Of a stretch of 64,000 nt of DNA, positions 14,202 through 30,013 are shown in pieces. Source of the stretch: Adineta vaga (Eukaryota > Animalia > Rotifera); NCBI GenBank assembly GCA_021613535.1, contig CP075494.1, positions 11,098,001 through 11,162,000 of the forward strand, in the 5' to 3' direction. Both the position numbers and the translations under genes were made by a program. Every line of letters starts with the position of its first letter. The stretch's first letter is position 1. The notes under the pieces are model-generated. The model did not search any database. It was not told the origin of the DNA and saw nothing but the letters and a program-made list of their open reading frames with translations.

Positions 14202-15242
14202 TTAAGATTGAGGCATGACTTGATTAATAGTCGGTCTCCGTTGTGACTTGCATCGTTTCGGAAGGATTTCGAACAATACATAGATCAACTGACGACGAAA
14301 TCGTTCTGATGCATACATGTAAATATAAAATGGACTCTAAAATAGAAGATATGAAGGAGAATTTAAGTTAATATATAATCAATTGAAACTTACTGCATAA
14401 TATACATAACTAACAGCCACAAATACATTGTAGCTCAGTTGAATTTGTGCTTTAGTTACTGTATCACTTATGTAATTTGTATATAATTGGACAAAATAAA
14501 GAATGGAAAATGGTATAGTCGTGCAACCATTAACAAGAACTTGCGTCAAAACCATTACTGTTAATTGTTTATCTAAATCTCGTCGAACAATTGGAATCGC
14601 GTGATATGGTAATTGTTTTATATTGTGATAAGCCATCAAACCAAATATCATTGAAAAGGTTATAGGTAAAATAGTGACAAGAATGCCAACAATAACGTAA
14701 GCGCGATATTGTATGTATATCGGATTGGTCATAGTACAGCTGATTTTGTTAGTAGTAGGTGATCGAATATGTTGGAAAAGCACTAAATATGGAATGTCAT
14801 GTAAAGCCCATAAAACAATGAATATGATAACTAATTTTTGAGCTAATTTAATATTACACCATCGTCGAAATCGAGGTCGTGAACATGTAACAAAATACTG
14901 ATCGATAGTAGCCAAACAAAAACATGTCAATGATACTGCTGTAAAAGTTGTAACAATATAAAATCGAAATTTACAATAAAATAATGAATTTTCAGTTCCA
15001 TCGCTACCGTACATGAGCGAAATAACACGCGGCAAGATCGCGCTCAGTAAGTAACCTACATTTACAATAGACATGATCATGAGATAGAAAGCACATGAAT
15101 TTTGTCGAAATGTTCGAAGACTAAGAAACACGAGAATATTGAGAGTTCCACCTAGTACACCAGTAATCAAAGATATAATACAACCATAAATAACTACTTG
15201 TCTTTCTACGAACGCATAAGTTGCTATCAATAATGCAGACAT
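14202..15242 (-). CDS. Orphan rhodopsin-like 7TM GPCR (2 exons)
   Basis: Seven hydrophobic segments; G..LNILVF, YCK, LATIDQY (DRY-like). Final exon after the intron at ~14338-14393 reads SPFYIYMYASERFRRQL...*. Confidence 0.88.
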
Positions 15243-16510
15243 GATACTTTTTTTGTAGAAATCTTCTGAGTGAATAAAACGAAAGATATTTTAAAACGAT
15301 CTCTCTATATATATATATTGTTAGTAAAGAGACTTTCTCTAGTAGAAAAATATGTAGCCAACACGCAATTAATACTTTCAGCTCGACTGATAAGAACTTT
15401 TAAGTTTCATCCGATAAAATTACAGCGTACAAATTATACCTTTTAGAGCTTCGATTAATAAGTAAAAAGAAAAGAAAATTCCATTTGATAAAGGTAAAAG
15501 TTGAACATGAAACATTTTTGTGATGATATATTACTTGTTTCTAATTCATAAGTTTTCACTTATCAAAGAATTTAATTACCATAAGTAATAATATTCATAT
15601 GCTTCATGTAAATTTATTTGACTATTTTTATTTATGATGTTTTACGTACGTAAACAATAAGTAAGACAACGTAGTTATGTAAGATGAAGATATAATATCT
15701 CTGTAAACCAAAATAGAATGATTATAAAAATGCCAATATTAAAAAGCGTTTCCCATGGGTAATAAACGCCATTTTAGGTGAAAATAAAATCCTATTCAAA
15801 ATGGTTTTATTGAGTGCATATCGTAGGTCAATTAACTTATTCTCGTTTTGAATTTTTCACAAAAAAAGTGGCTTTTGCTTCACTAATTAATATAGCTAAT
15901 AGATTACAGATTACAAATTGTTCCCAAAAGTATCCTTGACGTTTGCGTAAATGAAACATTTTTTTAAAACATTTAATCATCATATGTTTCAAACATATCG
16001 CAATAAATCTGTCTTCGAAAAAAAATCATGCTTGTTGTCTATGTCTCATTTTGTTCGTATATGATCAGTTTCAATGTTTTTATATTAAAAAAAATAAGAC
16101 GAAAAATTTTCATCGATGACTTATAATCAATTGTATCATTTAATATAATTTATATTCGAATGCAATCATTTGGTACAATCCTTCTAGTGACAGCATACGA
16201 AAAGCAGTATGTCCTTGTCAAAAATCTGCTGTTTCCCTATGATTAATTATCTACATATGAAGAAACTGTGTATATGAATGAAATATATGTGAATGTTGCT
16301 TTGGCCAGTCCGATAAATAGACAGATTACTTTGGTACTTTATGGATTTATTGCTTCATAATGTATTGTTTTTGTTATTGGTTACATGTATATGGTCGCTG
16401 ATTGGTTTTTGTAACGGTTTCAGTCTGATATGACGGATATATATATATATTAGATAACAAGAACAGTATCAATATCATCACGACGTAATGATCAACAATT
16501 TTCTACAATC

Positions 16511-18294
16511 ATGGCTATGATCAATGTTAACCGACAAACAAATGATATGTTCTATCGCTATAAGATGCCCAAACTTATAGCGAAAGTTGAAGGCACAGGA
16601 AATGGTATCAAAACTGTTGTAGTCAATGCCACTGCAATTGCTAAAGCTCTGAATCGTCCAACTACTTGTAAGACTTTTGTTTTCAATGCGACAGTTAAAA
16701 AATAATTATTCTTTTCCCCATATAATTAGATGTAACCAAGTTCTTTGGGTGTGAACTTGGTGCACAAGTACAAATGAATGCAAAAGAAGATCGATATATT
16801 GTTAATGGATCACATGATTGTGAAAAACTACAAAATCTACTTGATGGTTTCATCAAACGATTTGTTCTTTGTCCAAACTGTGACAATCCAGAAACAAATC
16901 TAGTATGTCCTACTACAGTCAATTGCTTCTTTAATCATTTCTTTCACCCATGTTTAGAGTTTTCGGAAACGAAATGGCGGTGAAATTCATCAAGTCTGTG
17001 CTGCATGTGGTTATCAGGGCACTATCAACATGGCATCACACAAACTTACCACATACATCGCTAAAAATCCACCAGATGCTGTAAGTTCATCATCATCATG
17101 TTCTATGCATACACATCAACTATAACTATTCTCTCTCATTGTTGCATAGGAAAGCAAAACCGAACCACCAGCTGACACAAAAGTCAAAGGCAAATCAAAA
17201 GGAAGCAAGAAAAATGCACAATCATCTGGTACAAATCGAGATTCTGATGAAAGTAGTCCCAATGAACATACCACTAAAACAGTAAGATCACCTTCACTTC
17301 TTCTTCTCCTCATCCACTCATCTCCTCATCTAGAATGGCACATCGAAAAATACTGCTGGCGACGAAGATGATGACGATGAAGATTGGGGTGATGATTTAA
17401 CACCAACTGTTGATCAACTCACCACTCAAATCAAAGGCATGATACAAACAAATGATCTCGACAAACCACTTGCTGAACGTTGTGATCAGTTCAATCGTCT
17501 CGTAGAAGTATGACACCTCACTTTCTCTCGTCTATCTATATTCTCTCGTTCTACATTTATTCATAGACAAAGAAGAAAGAACAACAACTGAACAATCTTC
17601 ACGCAGTCAAAGATCTTGTTGCCGAAGCTGAACGACTCGAAATCATGGAACAAGCACCATTTGTTGTTGCACAATGTGTTTTCACTGACACCATCATCAA
17701 AGAGATCGATGAATACAAACTACTTCTCACCAATGTAAGTCATGTTCTCTTTCCTATGATGTGTCTATTGATTCTTCTTCTAATAGTTGTGTGCCAGAAA
17801 TACGAAAGGACAAAAGTATCTGTTGCATGCAATCGAAGCATTGATTGGAGATCGTGAAGATATTCGTGCAAAGATCTACAATAAGAAGACGATGTCAAAG
17901 ATCTTGTTGAAATTTTATGATGAAGATATCGTTGAAGAAGAAACATTCTATCGATGGCACGAAAAAGCATCGAAACGGTATGCAGATAAGACGATAGCAA
18001 AAGGCATTCGCGAGATGGCAAGTGAATTTATTCAATGGTTGAAAACAGCGGAAGAATCAAGTGATGATGATGATGATAATAATGGCGAAGAACATGAACC
18101 AGAGGTAAGAGCAAGACTATTTGATGATGAAATGGAGAGAGAGAGAGAAATGATTTGCTTTCGTTATTGTTTAGATTGATTTTACACATAAAGCTGGAAG
18201 TGGTATTGAAGTGACCGTAGAATCAGTGAACAAAGAAGCACCTGAAGAGAAGATTGAACACAACGGAGAAGTCATTGATATCGACAATATCTAA
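16511..18294 (+). CDS. EIF5: Eukaryotic translation initiation factor 5, copy 2 (same protein as copy 1)
   Basis: Near-identical to 11610-13401 including introns; by eye only synonymous and intronic differences plus an 8-bp intronic indel. Confidence 0.95.
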
Positions 18295-18461
18295 AACAGA
18301 TTACCCTATTTTGTTGACGAATGTTTTTTTTTCTTTTCGCTTATTTATATATTATTTTCTCTATCTTTGTTGCTGGTATTTGTTAAACATATTCTGCTTG
18401 ATTCTATTTTCATTATTTCAAACATGTTATTTATTAAAGAAATAAAAAAGGAAAAGAAATA

Positions 18462-21400
18462 TTATACAATTGCTTCTGGTAATATTGAAGGTCTGTTGTA
18501 TCTGGATGAACTGCGTAAAATGCCGTTTTTTTTCGTTACATTAATCGGATGTAAAATATCCACAGGTGGTGTACTACTCAGACTGCTATTCGTTGTTGTC
18601 GTACAATTGGTATTAACAATTAATTGTTGTGTAATTGTTCCATTACTATTAGTACTTGATGGTGATGAACCACCATGCAATTGTTGTTGAGTTTTGTCAA
18701 TATTTAACTGTGTATGTGCGTTAAGACAATTGTATTCACGTTTTCGAAAGCAACGTCCTCGTTTTGTCAAAGTAGTACAAAGAATAAGATTTATCAATAA
18801 TAAAACAAATACACAGAAGGTAATAGCAAAAACAAATTTCGGATGTTTAGTTTCAGTATAGATTGGACGTGATAAAAACGATGAACGAATTGTTGGCGAA
18901 TGTTGAGTAGAAAAATTCTGTTGGTGAGATAATTCATATAAAGATATCCATGTATTTATCAGATCAAAACGAAGTGGATGATTGGAAAGGTTGGGAATTA
19001 GGTTATTGAAAAGATAGTGAACTTGTGCATAGTAACCAGCTTGTTGAGTTAGTTTTCCATCTAAATTTAAGTATCCTTTTTTTTAATTTTCTCTTGTTGT
19101 TATTATTATTGATGTTTATAAGGAGAATTACTTGTCATCTTTAATAATCTATTTTAATTAGAAATCTCGTATTCTTGAGAAAAAACTCTCGTGATGGAAG
19201 ATTGATGAATTTAGAAAAGCTATTGAAAACCTTGAAGTATCACGCAAATCTATAGTTTTTGACAGATCCTTATTAAATTCGAAGGTTTTTGTCTAACGAA
19301 ATCAAAATCAACTCACCTTTCAAGATCAGAAAATTCAAGCTCGGAAAAACTGAATGCCATTCTTCATTTATATGATCTTTCGATCTTGTATTAAACGATG
19401 ATCTGATATTGATATCACTTTAGATTAACAAAGAAAACAAAACTTAGTTTTTCTCATTATATCAAAACAAATCAGATTGACTTACCCATTATGTATTAGA
19501 TTAGCAAATAGATCCATCATATACATACTTTCAATCCGATCATTTTCATTGGCAGTCAGATATGTATCATTATGAATACTCATGGATGGTGCTAGAACAT
19601 ATCCCAATGTCAATGGTAATTCGGATTGATATTTAGTGGAATGCTGTTCTAAAAGATGTAGTTGCGTTTGATTTGATAAATATTTTGCATATTGAAGTAA
19701 TGGAGCTATAATTTGTTGATGATAATTCAATAATTGTTGATCGAAATCGAATTGATTCGTTGTTTTATTCCATTTGGTATAAGCGTAATTGAATAAATAT
19801 TCGATTGTATTATTCTTATGTGAAGTTTTTATATCGAATGGTAATGATAATGTTGATCGACTGGTCAATGTCGAAGTTGTTAATAATATACGAAGATTTT
19901 CGGGTAATAATGCTTGAGATCGTTGAAAAAATCTTGAACGTAAAGGATTTGAATAATCATTACTTAATACTGAAGAATGATAGAATGGAAATGGATTTTC
20001 TAATGGACAAATAAAATTAGAATATCCATGTGGATTTAAATAGGAATTTAATTGAAGAAGATCATTCGTAGAAATTAAACTTTGATTACGAAGACATTGT
20101 GCTGTGGAACATGTTAGATGAGAAAGAAGATTTGATTGATATGTGGAGATTTCTTGTAATGTTGAAGTCATATATGGAGAAAGAAATGTTTGATCATTTA
20201 AAATTAGACGATGAACTAACGATTTTCGACGTTTTACTGTTCCTGTACCACCTAAATATGAAAAATGAATTATAAATCCATATCAATTGTTTTCGAAAAG
20301 TCGTTACATACCATTGACAGTTTCAAGCATAACAACAAGACTAGCTAAAACAGCTCCTGTTCCTGTTCCATATAAAGTAATTCGATCGGGATCTCCATTG
20401 AAATTAATCACATAATTTTTAAGCCAATGTAAAGCTGTATAGATATCTTGCAATGCGTAATCACCTTTATGTTCACGTGAAACATAAAGAAATCCTATAG
20501 TAAAAAAGTAGAAACAACATCAACTTATAAAATACTTGACTAATGAACTTCAATCGTCTATTTGACATTTAAAAGATCAAATTTCGAGCATATTTACAAA
20601 ATCAGGAGGTGGTCCATGTGTAGATCAAACAAGTTCTTTTCTCTTTTGTTTCGTTCAAAAGTGTGAATAACTGCTGTGAGAAATGAACAGATGAACATCA
20701 GACAACAACTGATTGAGGATATGTAAACAATCTTCTCATCTACTTATCAAGTCTAACAGAGCTATGACATAAAAAAATTTGTCATCAAATTTTCATTGAA
20801 TGAATAGAAAAAGAAATCATAATGAATGATAATTACGTTTGATTGCATGCAAAGTCTAGAATGGTCAAGTCACGCTCTATATTTATTTGATTAAAAGAAA
20901 TATATATATATATATATATATCTGTTATGTTATTCTAGAGAAATATTGATTTCTCGATTCGATTGTTTCATTTCAAGAAGATAATAAATATCAATTGTTT
21001 AGACTTTTCAAGAACAACAATGATTGATTGATGAATCTAGATGGTTCGATTATTCTTCTTCATTAATCTCTTATGATTCTACATAAACATTCATATCTAT
21101 CCGGATATAGAACAAAATTCTGCCGAGATACACATGAGGTTACATCATAAAATGTTTCTATTTTAATTAAAATCCTTCTTTCGATTTTGATTAGAAAAAT
21201 CGACAAATTATTCGGATGATTATATTCAATTCAAGATCAATTTCATCTATTTCATTTACATGAAATTATTCTCTATGTCATTGATGGATTCATTCATCCA
21301 GTTGAATAACTATTTTTAATAGACAGGAAAAAAAATACTAGACACTGTTTGCCTGATGAACGACAAATGTGAGTTAATCAACAATAATTGCCTCCTGCTG

Positions 21401-22587
21401 AAATGAGACTAGTCGACATCGAATGAACGGAAATGTCAATCACTACTCGAGCGATGTACATAGGAAATAATAGAACCTTGATCAAGTCTACATTTTTCTA
21501 CTTAATCAAATAATGAATCATGTTTGTCTCTTACCAAATGGACCAAGTCGATAGTTGATAGTCACAACAATTGTTTTCGTATAACTTGCAAAGATAGCTC
21601 CATCAAAAGCAGCACCTGTACCTATGTCATAACCATCACCATGAACAAATAGAAGTACAGGAAGACGTTCTAAAATGATATACAAAAAAAAAGAGTTTAC
21701 ATAGATTGAATTTGTCATCAACAGAAATTGAATATCTGTTCCATTGTTTAGTTGAATAGTGTACGAGATTAGAAGGATACGATCTTTTTCTCCTGTCAAC
21801 ACCATGATCGATTCATTTGAGATGAAGACTGTCTTTATAATGGAACTATATCATTTAATATGCATAAAGAGAAGATCAAACGTGTGTCAACAATGTCATC
21901 TCTATTAACGCGCCTGGTCAATGTGAACAACATATACACTGGTCAATGAAATAGACGTCGGGACCATCGATCATTGAGAATAAATTTAGTTCACATCAGT
22001 AGACAATATAATCATTGTCTAGTACAAAGGAATACTTATCTCAGCAATGATACGATACATTAATGATCAATCGAAAAATTTATTCTCTCTTGTTTTCTTT
22101 TACCTTTTAAATTTTTCATTTGCGGTTGATAAATATTCATATAAAGACATTGTTCTTCATTTTGTTTGGATATATATTTTAGTAATTTCGGATAATATTC
22201 TTCGGCAAAATACGGTGTACGTATTCGACTTAATTCACTAGTATTCTTCCATAAATATTGTGGACAGGCAGATCCAAATTCAATTTGTTTATTTACTTTC
22301 GTACTGGGATGAACATTGAATCGTTCTTTTGATGGTTCAAATCTTCCATGATATAAACCATATTGTATACCAAGGAATGCTTCGATATTTACTAGATTAT
22401 ATTTTTGATAATAATTATTTTCATAATCAATAGAAATTCCACGTATTGAACCTAATTTTGGGATGGTTAATACACGATCAGATAACGAATATCGTACATC
22501 ATTAAGTGTAAATAATAGGGATGAAGCTGATATGGGTAACAGCAGGTGGTGATAGTAATAGATCAAAACGATCAGTGAATAGAACAT
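18462..22587 (-). CDS. Neuroligin-like, non-catalytic carboxylesterase-family membrane protein
   Basis: Signal peptide; EAFLGIQYG, ACPQ, EEQCLYMNIYQP, LPVLLFVHGDGY, VVTINYRLGPFGF, DYALQDIYTALHWLKNY..NFNGDPDRITLYGTGTGA (no nucleophile Ser); TM helix FVFAITFCVFVLLLINLIL; cytoplasmic tail ending EAIV*. Confidence 0.85.
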
Positions 22588-23851
22588 GTGTATGTCGTGT
22601 TCAATTCAAACAATCTTTAATATATAAAAGAACAGCAAATTGCCGTGATCATTATCCTCAATATACCTATGATGTAATAGTCTTCGATCGGAAAGAATGA
22701 TACTCTCTTTTCTTCTTTATTGTACGGAACCAACCGTGCGATATATGTATGTATATGTGTACAAGCAAAGAAACGAAAGTGATGTACAGAAGAGAGGAAG
22801 AGAGAGAAAAAAAAGATGAGAAGAGAAAAGAGGAAGGGAGAGAGAAAAAATTGACCATTACGGGTTTTTCTCTTGAAAAAAGAAATCACTAATAAAACTA
22901 ATTTAAATCATCAAATATACATTGAATCGTTATTATTGAACTCCAAGTAAACTGATCGTATATATATATATATATTCTCATCCTTTTTTTTTCTTTTCTT
23001 ATTTCATCCTGTGATTGCATGCATCATAAATTATTTGTCTTGCTTCATCATTTTTTTTCTTCTCTTTTTCTCCTCAAGAACTTCTATGTTGTTATTGTTA
23101 TTTGTCTCGAAGAAAGAGAAGAGAAAAGAAAAACTGTCGGGTATTAGAGTTTGTCTTGATTGATTATCAAATTAAAATAACATATGAATAATGTCATTTC
23201 TTTAAATCAAGACGAATTTCCATTAATGATCTAGAAAAATTGTCTATTCTAAAGAACATCTCTTTGTCAAATAAATCTAAGACCTTGCCGGAAAGATTCT
23301 TCTTCTTCTTCTTCTTCTTCATTTTTTTTGTTCTATATTGTCACTGACAGTGAATTTGTCTTTTTTTCTTTTGACATCTATTGATCAATTTTGTAGAATT
23401 TAATCCTTTATATAAATGTCATTTATTGTTTATTAAATACGTAATCATCATTATAAGATATGAAATTTCGAGAGTTTTACAACTTAAACACAAATGTTCT
23501 TCTCTGTTCTATAAATATCCTGAAAACTGTAAAATAAAAATAGTAATACCCTAGAATTATTACAATTGACACACATGAATCCTTCTAATATCACTAGATT
23601 GTGCGATGAATGCTAGATTAATTTCTATCAACAAGAAAGAGAACTTTTCTGTCATATTTACTTTCTAATTTCTTCAATTTATCTATTCTATTACGACTGG
23701 ACAATCAAAAGATCTGTCTGAACCGGAAATTTTCTATCCCTTTTTTTGTTATTATTGAAGATAAATATTGAAAAAAAGAAACGGATGTATTTTAATTAGT
23801 TTTAATACCATCAAAGAATGATTATTCATACAAATGTATATCTTTTTCTCG

Positions 23852-25171
23852 TCATTTGTTTTTAGAATTATTTAAAATCGCTTGAAGAACTTTCATTGCT
23901 TGTAATTCACTGGAATTCTGACTGATTAATCGAAGTAAAAAAATTCCATCATAACTTAAATAATTTAAAATAGATCGTTCCGTTTCATTTGATCTTTCTT
24001 CTTTTAATAATTCTAATAAATGTCTGATGTATTGAATTTGTGAATATCGAAATTGTTGATAAATTAAACTAATAAAACCGAATATATTATGAAGAATAAC
24101 ATAACTAAACCAGAATGATAGAGCTAGAAAGATTTTTTCGTTTAAAATATTCACGGGTAATGCACATTGAACTGTATAACGATGAATTTCGGCTATTTCA
24201 CGTATAGGTACATCACAGAGTGTTACACGAGGAAAATAAGGTGAATCAAGTAATGGATTACCATAACGTAATATTGATTTCATAATATCAATATCAAGAA
24301 ACCAGGCATTACCACGATGGCCAAGTAAAAGATTAAGTAAAATTAATTGAAGAATTGAATTCATTAAATACATAAAACGTGTTAAAAAATATAAAGAAAA
24401 GAGATAATTTCCACGATGTCTATTATGACGAAAATATGCAGGTAAATTAATAGAAAAATTTGCACGACGTTTTTTAAATGTTTTACAATAGTAATCAAGT
24501 ATGTTTGATGCAATTTTCGTTGAATCTTTCGAATTAATTTCACTTTTTTTTATTAGATTTTGAATATCAATACCACAATGAGCATTGAATGAACGCCAAA
24601 ACAGTCGAGGAGAATAGAATCCTAATGCCAATAGTAACAATATGATCGGTACCCATTGATAATAACCTTTAACAATGAAAATAAGATTTTTATTAATTAG
24701 TCATAAATGAAATTTCGATATCAAAGCTAAGAACTATCGGTATTTTCTATGATTTGTTCGTACAAATGAATTATGAATTTCATGTTTGAAGTTAAAAAAA
24801 CAAGTTTTTTTCAATGTTATTATTCACTTTGAACAGTACTTATAATCAAATATTGACATACTTATCTGGGATGCTCTTCGATCTTCATCTGAAAGCGGTG
24901 GAGTAACATTGGAATGAATATAGTATGTATTACTGATCCAACAATAATCTTCAATATATTTTCCATAACTTTCACGGCGAAGTTCAGCCGGTACCCAACA
25001 TGACATTCGATTGATTACAAATGGACTTGTTAGCGTAATAAAAACGCAAAAAAGTATGATTCCAACTGTTACTCGATGATTAAGTCTATCAATATGTTCA
25101 TCATCATTATCTGCTGTTCGAAGACGAATAACCAATGGCCATTTCCACAATTCTTTAATCAATGATTCCAT
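23852..25171 (-). CDS. Innexin (2 exons)
   Basis: DDEHIDRLNHRVT, SCWVP, EDYCWI, YYQWVP, PRLFWR, FPRVTLCD, VQCALPVNILNEKIF, DGIFLLRLI. Confidence 0.95.
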
Positions 25172-25333
25172 TTATTAATGATTACAATCAGAACATAATG
25201 TCTTGTCGTATGACTGATATGATGTGGTTTGCTTTCGACTTTTTTTTTCTTCTTTTTTTGAAATAATGAAAACTTACATGTATGCAGATGCCTGTTTCAA
25301 GGATAAGCATAAAACGACATGTTATGTCAATAA

Positions 25334-25358
25334 AGAAGAAGAAGAAGAAGAAGAAGAA
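25334..25358 (+). repeat. (GAA)n microsatellite
   Basis: About 8 tandem GAA units upstream of innexin; a similar (TTC)n tract lies near 23297-23320. Confidence 0.8.
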
Positions 25359-25875
25359 AAAACCACAGATAAATTTAACGTTCTTTATTATTAATGTATC
25401 AAAGTTTCTTTTTTTTCGATTTTATCATCATGAAGAGATTGACAACTATGGAGTAGTGTTTCAATAGGATATTTTTTTCTATCAAATTTACAATTTATAG
25501 CTCCTGTAACAAATAAGAAATCGAATATAAAAACGTCAGAATATTCGTTCTATGAAGTAGTCGACTTGTTTTTATGTTAATATATGAAAATAACTCAAGG
25601 TATTGATGATCAATAAAAGGATTAGTACAACCTTCGCATTCGAACTGCTTCCATCAAACGATATATGATATAATAAATGATAGATGTCGCATGTGAACGA
25701 CTATTGATCACAATAGGTACAAAGAGAGAAAAGATTAGTTAGTTTTTCATTGGTTCATTCAGATAAATCTTGCGAAATGCCAATGGATTCATTCCTTCAT
25801 CATATCATTAATCGTTTCCTTTCCTTGTTTGTTCAATCGTGTGAAGTGAAGATTCTCACATAGATATAAAACATA

Positions 25876-27347
25876 ATGAAAGACGTACCACGTCCTGTTG
25901 ATTCTTCGATGTTAAAACCTCAAGTAAATTAACTTTCGCATTTTGTTAGATATTTCTATGACATTTATTTTCTTATATTTCTAGACTCCATCTATTCGAA
26001 CGTTCGAATTAAAAGAAGAATGTGGTATTAATAATTTACCAAATCAAATCATGGCTAAAGCTATTTCTGATGGTTTTGTTTTCAATATACTTTGTGTTGG
26101 TGAAACAGCATGTGGAAAATCGTCTTTACTTGATAGTTTATTTAATACACGATTAGATTCAACACCATCATCTCATGATATACCTCGAGTATTTTTACGG
26201 AAAAATACTTATGATTTATTTGAACGTGAAATTCGTTTAAAATTAACTGTTGTGGAAACAGCTGGTTTTGGTGATCAAATCAATAAAGATGATTCATTTA
26301 AAGTTATTGGTGATTTTATTGATGGACAATTTCAATCACATTTAGATGAAGAATTAAAAATTAAACGAAATCTAGCAAACTATCATGATACACGTATTCA
26401 TGTGTGTTTATATTTCATTAATCCAACAGGTCATTCATTGAAAGCATTGGATTTAGTTACAATGAAACATTTAGATAGTAAAGTAAATATTATACCAATC
26501 ATTGCTAAATCTGATACAATATCAAAAAGTGAATTACAACGTTTTAAACAAAATATTCTCAATGAATTAAATACAGCTGGTGTTAAAATTTATCGTTTTC
26601 CAACAGATGATGAAACATTAGCAGAAGATAATCTTAAAGCGAATGTAAATCGATAAGTTTCTTTGTAAATAGAATTTATCTTGTGTATTTTTTAGAATCT
26701 TCTTCCTTTGGCTGTTGTTGGAAGTAATGAAACAGTTAAAGTTGGAAATCAATATGTACGTGCTCGACAATATCCTTGGGGTGTTGTTCAAGGTAAGAAA
26801 TTGATTTAAACAAAGTGATAATCTCGTTTTTTTTTCTGTAGTTGAGAATGAAAATCATTGTGATTTTAAAAAATTACGTGATAGTCTTATTGAAAAGAAT
26901 ATGCTTGATTTAATTGAAACAACACATTCAAAACATTATGAAATGTTTCGACGTAATCGTCTTACTGAACTTGGTCTTGCTGATAATGTCGATGGGAAAC
27001 AAATGTCGATTAGTGATACATTGGATATGAAACATAATGAACTTCGACAAGAATTAGAACAACGTGAACAACAATTAAAAGAAGCTTTTATTCAAAAAGT
27101 TAAAGATAAAGAAGGAGAATTGAAAGAAACAGAAAAACAAGTGAGAAGCTTTATGATTGAGTTAAGATTTATGATTATTGTTGTTTTTCAGATAAATGAA
27201 CAATTAACAAATATTAAAAAACAATACAAAGATCAAAAGGATAAATGTGATGAAAAATGGCGTATACTTGAACAAGAAATTAGTTTATTCGAACAACGAA
27301 AACGTGCTAATATGGAAACAATGAAAAAAGGCACCAAAAAGAAATGA
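25876..27347 (+). CDS. Septin, SEPT6/8/11-like group
   Basis: [67 protein letters not shown]-terminal coiled coil. Confidence 0.95.
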
Positions 27348-27956
27348 ATACATCATATTAATCTCTATTTTTTTTCTCATCTCTTTTCATTACATTTGTT
27401 CTCGGCAATGATTTTCTTTGTTAGATAGATATATATTCTATGCAATAATCTTTTGAATGCACGTGTTTTTCTTTTCGTTTGGTTCTTCTTCACATTCTTC
27501 TTCTCAGGTTTATTCATTTCAATCATCTTCCGAGAACAAATGTCAGATAGATGTGCACACACGAATGATTCTCACTCTTACTACCACTATTTTTAGACTA
27601 CACTTTATTTGTGTGCGTTTTGGCTTCTTCTTCTTTTTCTCTCTCTCTCTCATTTTTTTTTGCTTCAGATCTAGAAATCAAATACATCTTGTTCATTTTT
27701 CTCTTCTTCTGTCATAGATTTATTATCAGAGACTTTTGTCTCTTCTTCTTCTTCTTCTTTTTTGCTAATTCAAATACTATTACAACGAATAAATATTCAC
27801 AAAATTTGATTTGTATTTGTTTTCATTTTTATAATCGTGACCTTGAACTTTAGAGAAGTGAAAAGAAAGACATTAACATGTGTTTGTTGCTCAGAAGTCA
27901 ATTTTTCTAAATGTTATTGAAATTACAACTCTCTCTCTCTCTCTGTGTTTTAGATC

Positions 27957-29397
<1,441 letters not shown>

Positions 29398-30013
29398 TTG
29401 TATAAATGGATTTCTGTTTAGAAAAATAAATTTCATTCGTAACTTCGCACACTTATTCACTTTAAATATTTGACCATCCGTTAAACTAAAAGATCGCTAC
29501 CGTTAGCTCACATTGGATGGAAACTAGAATTCTATTTAGTATTACACTCACAATCTTTATTGTCATAACTATTTTTTCCTTTTTTTTCTCTTGTTTCATA
29601 GACTTTGACCGATGAGAAACGTAAAGAAGAAAGACGCGGTCGTACGTTGATCGTTACATGATGACCACAAACGCGCGCGTTCATGTTTCTCTCTCTCTCT
29701 CTCTGTCTTTCTTTTTTTCTTTCTAGTCTAACGAAGAGAAAGAGAGAGATAGAACGTCTCGACTAATTCCGACCGACTCGCTGCTTGACAAGAGTAAGAA
29801 AGAGAACAGAATTGGACTGTCATTGTCTTTATATCTTGCATGTTCTTTGTTCAATAGTCCAATGTTAACGATGGTCGCATTCATGATCATTTCAGAGCGA
29901 AATTTTGAGAAATACAGCTGTCTTTTTCCGACTTTTTTGTAAGATGTAACGAAATTGAATATTTTCGGTATGATTTTAGATTTTTTCACAAATAATTCAT
30001 TCTATTCATTACA

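Noticed and set aside
16504-18296. Second eIF5 copy as a retrocopy or an uncollapsed allele
   Set aside because: All introns are retained, so it is not a retrocopy. The flanks are dissimilar and the coding differences are all synonymous, which does not fit an adjacent haplotype artefact. Long reads are still needed to exclude misassembly fully.
18462-22587. Active carboxylesterase/acetylcholinesterase
   Set aside because: The nucleophile elbow reads GTGTG with no Ser, and a TM helix plus cytoplasmic tail are present, fitting a neuroligin-type adhesion protein.
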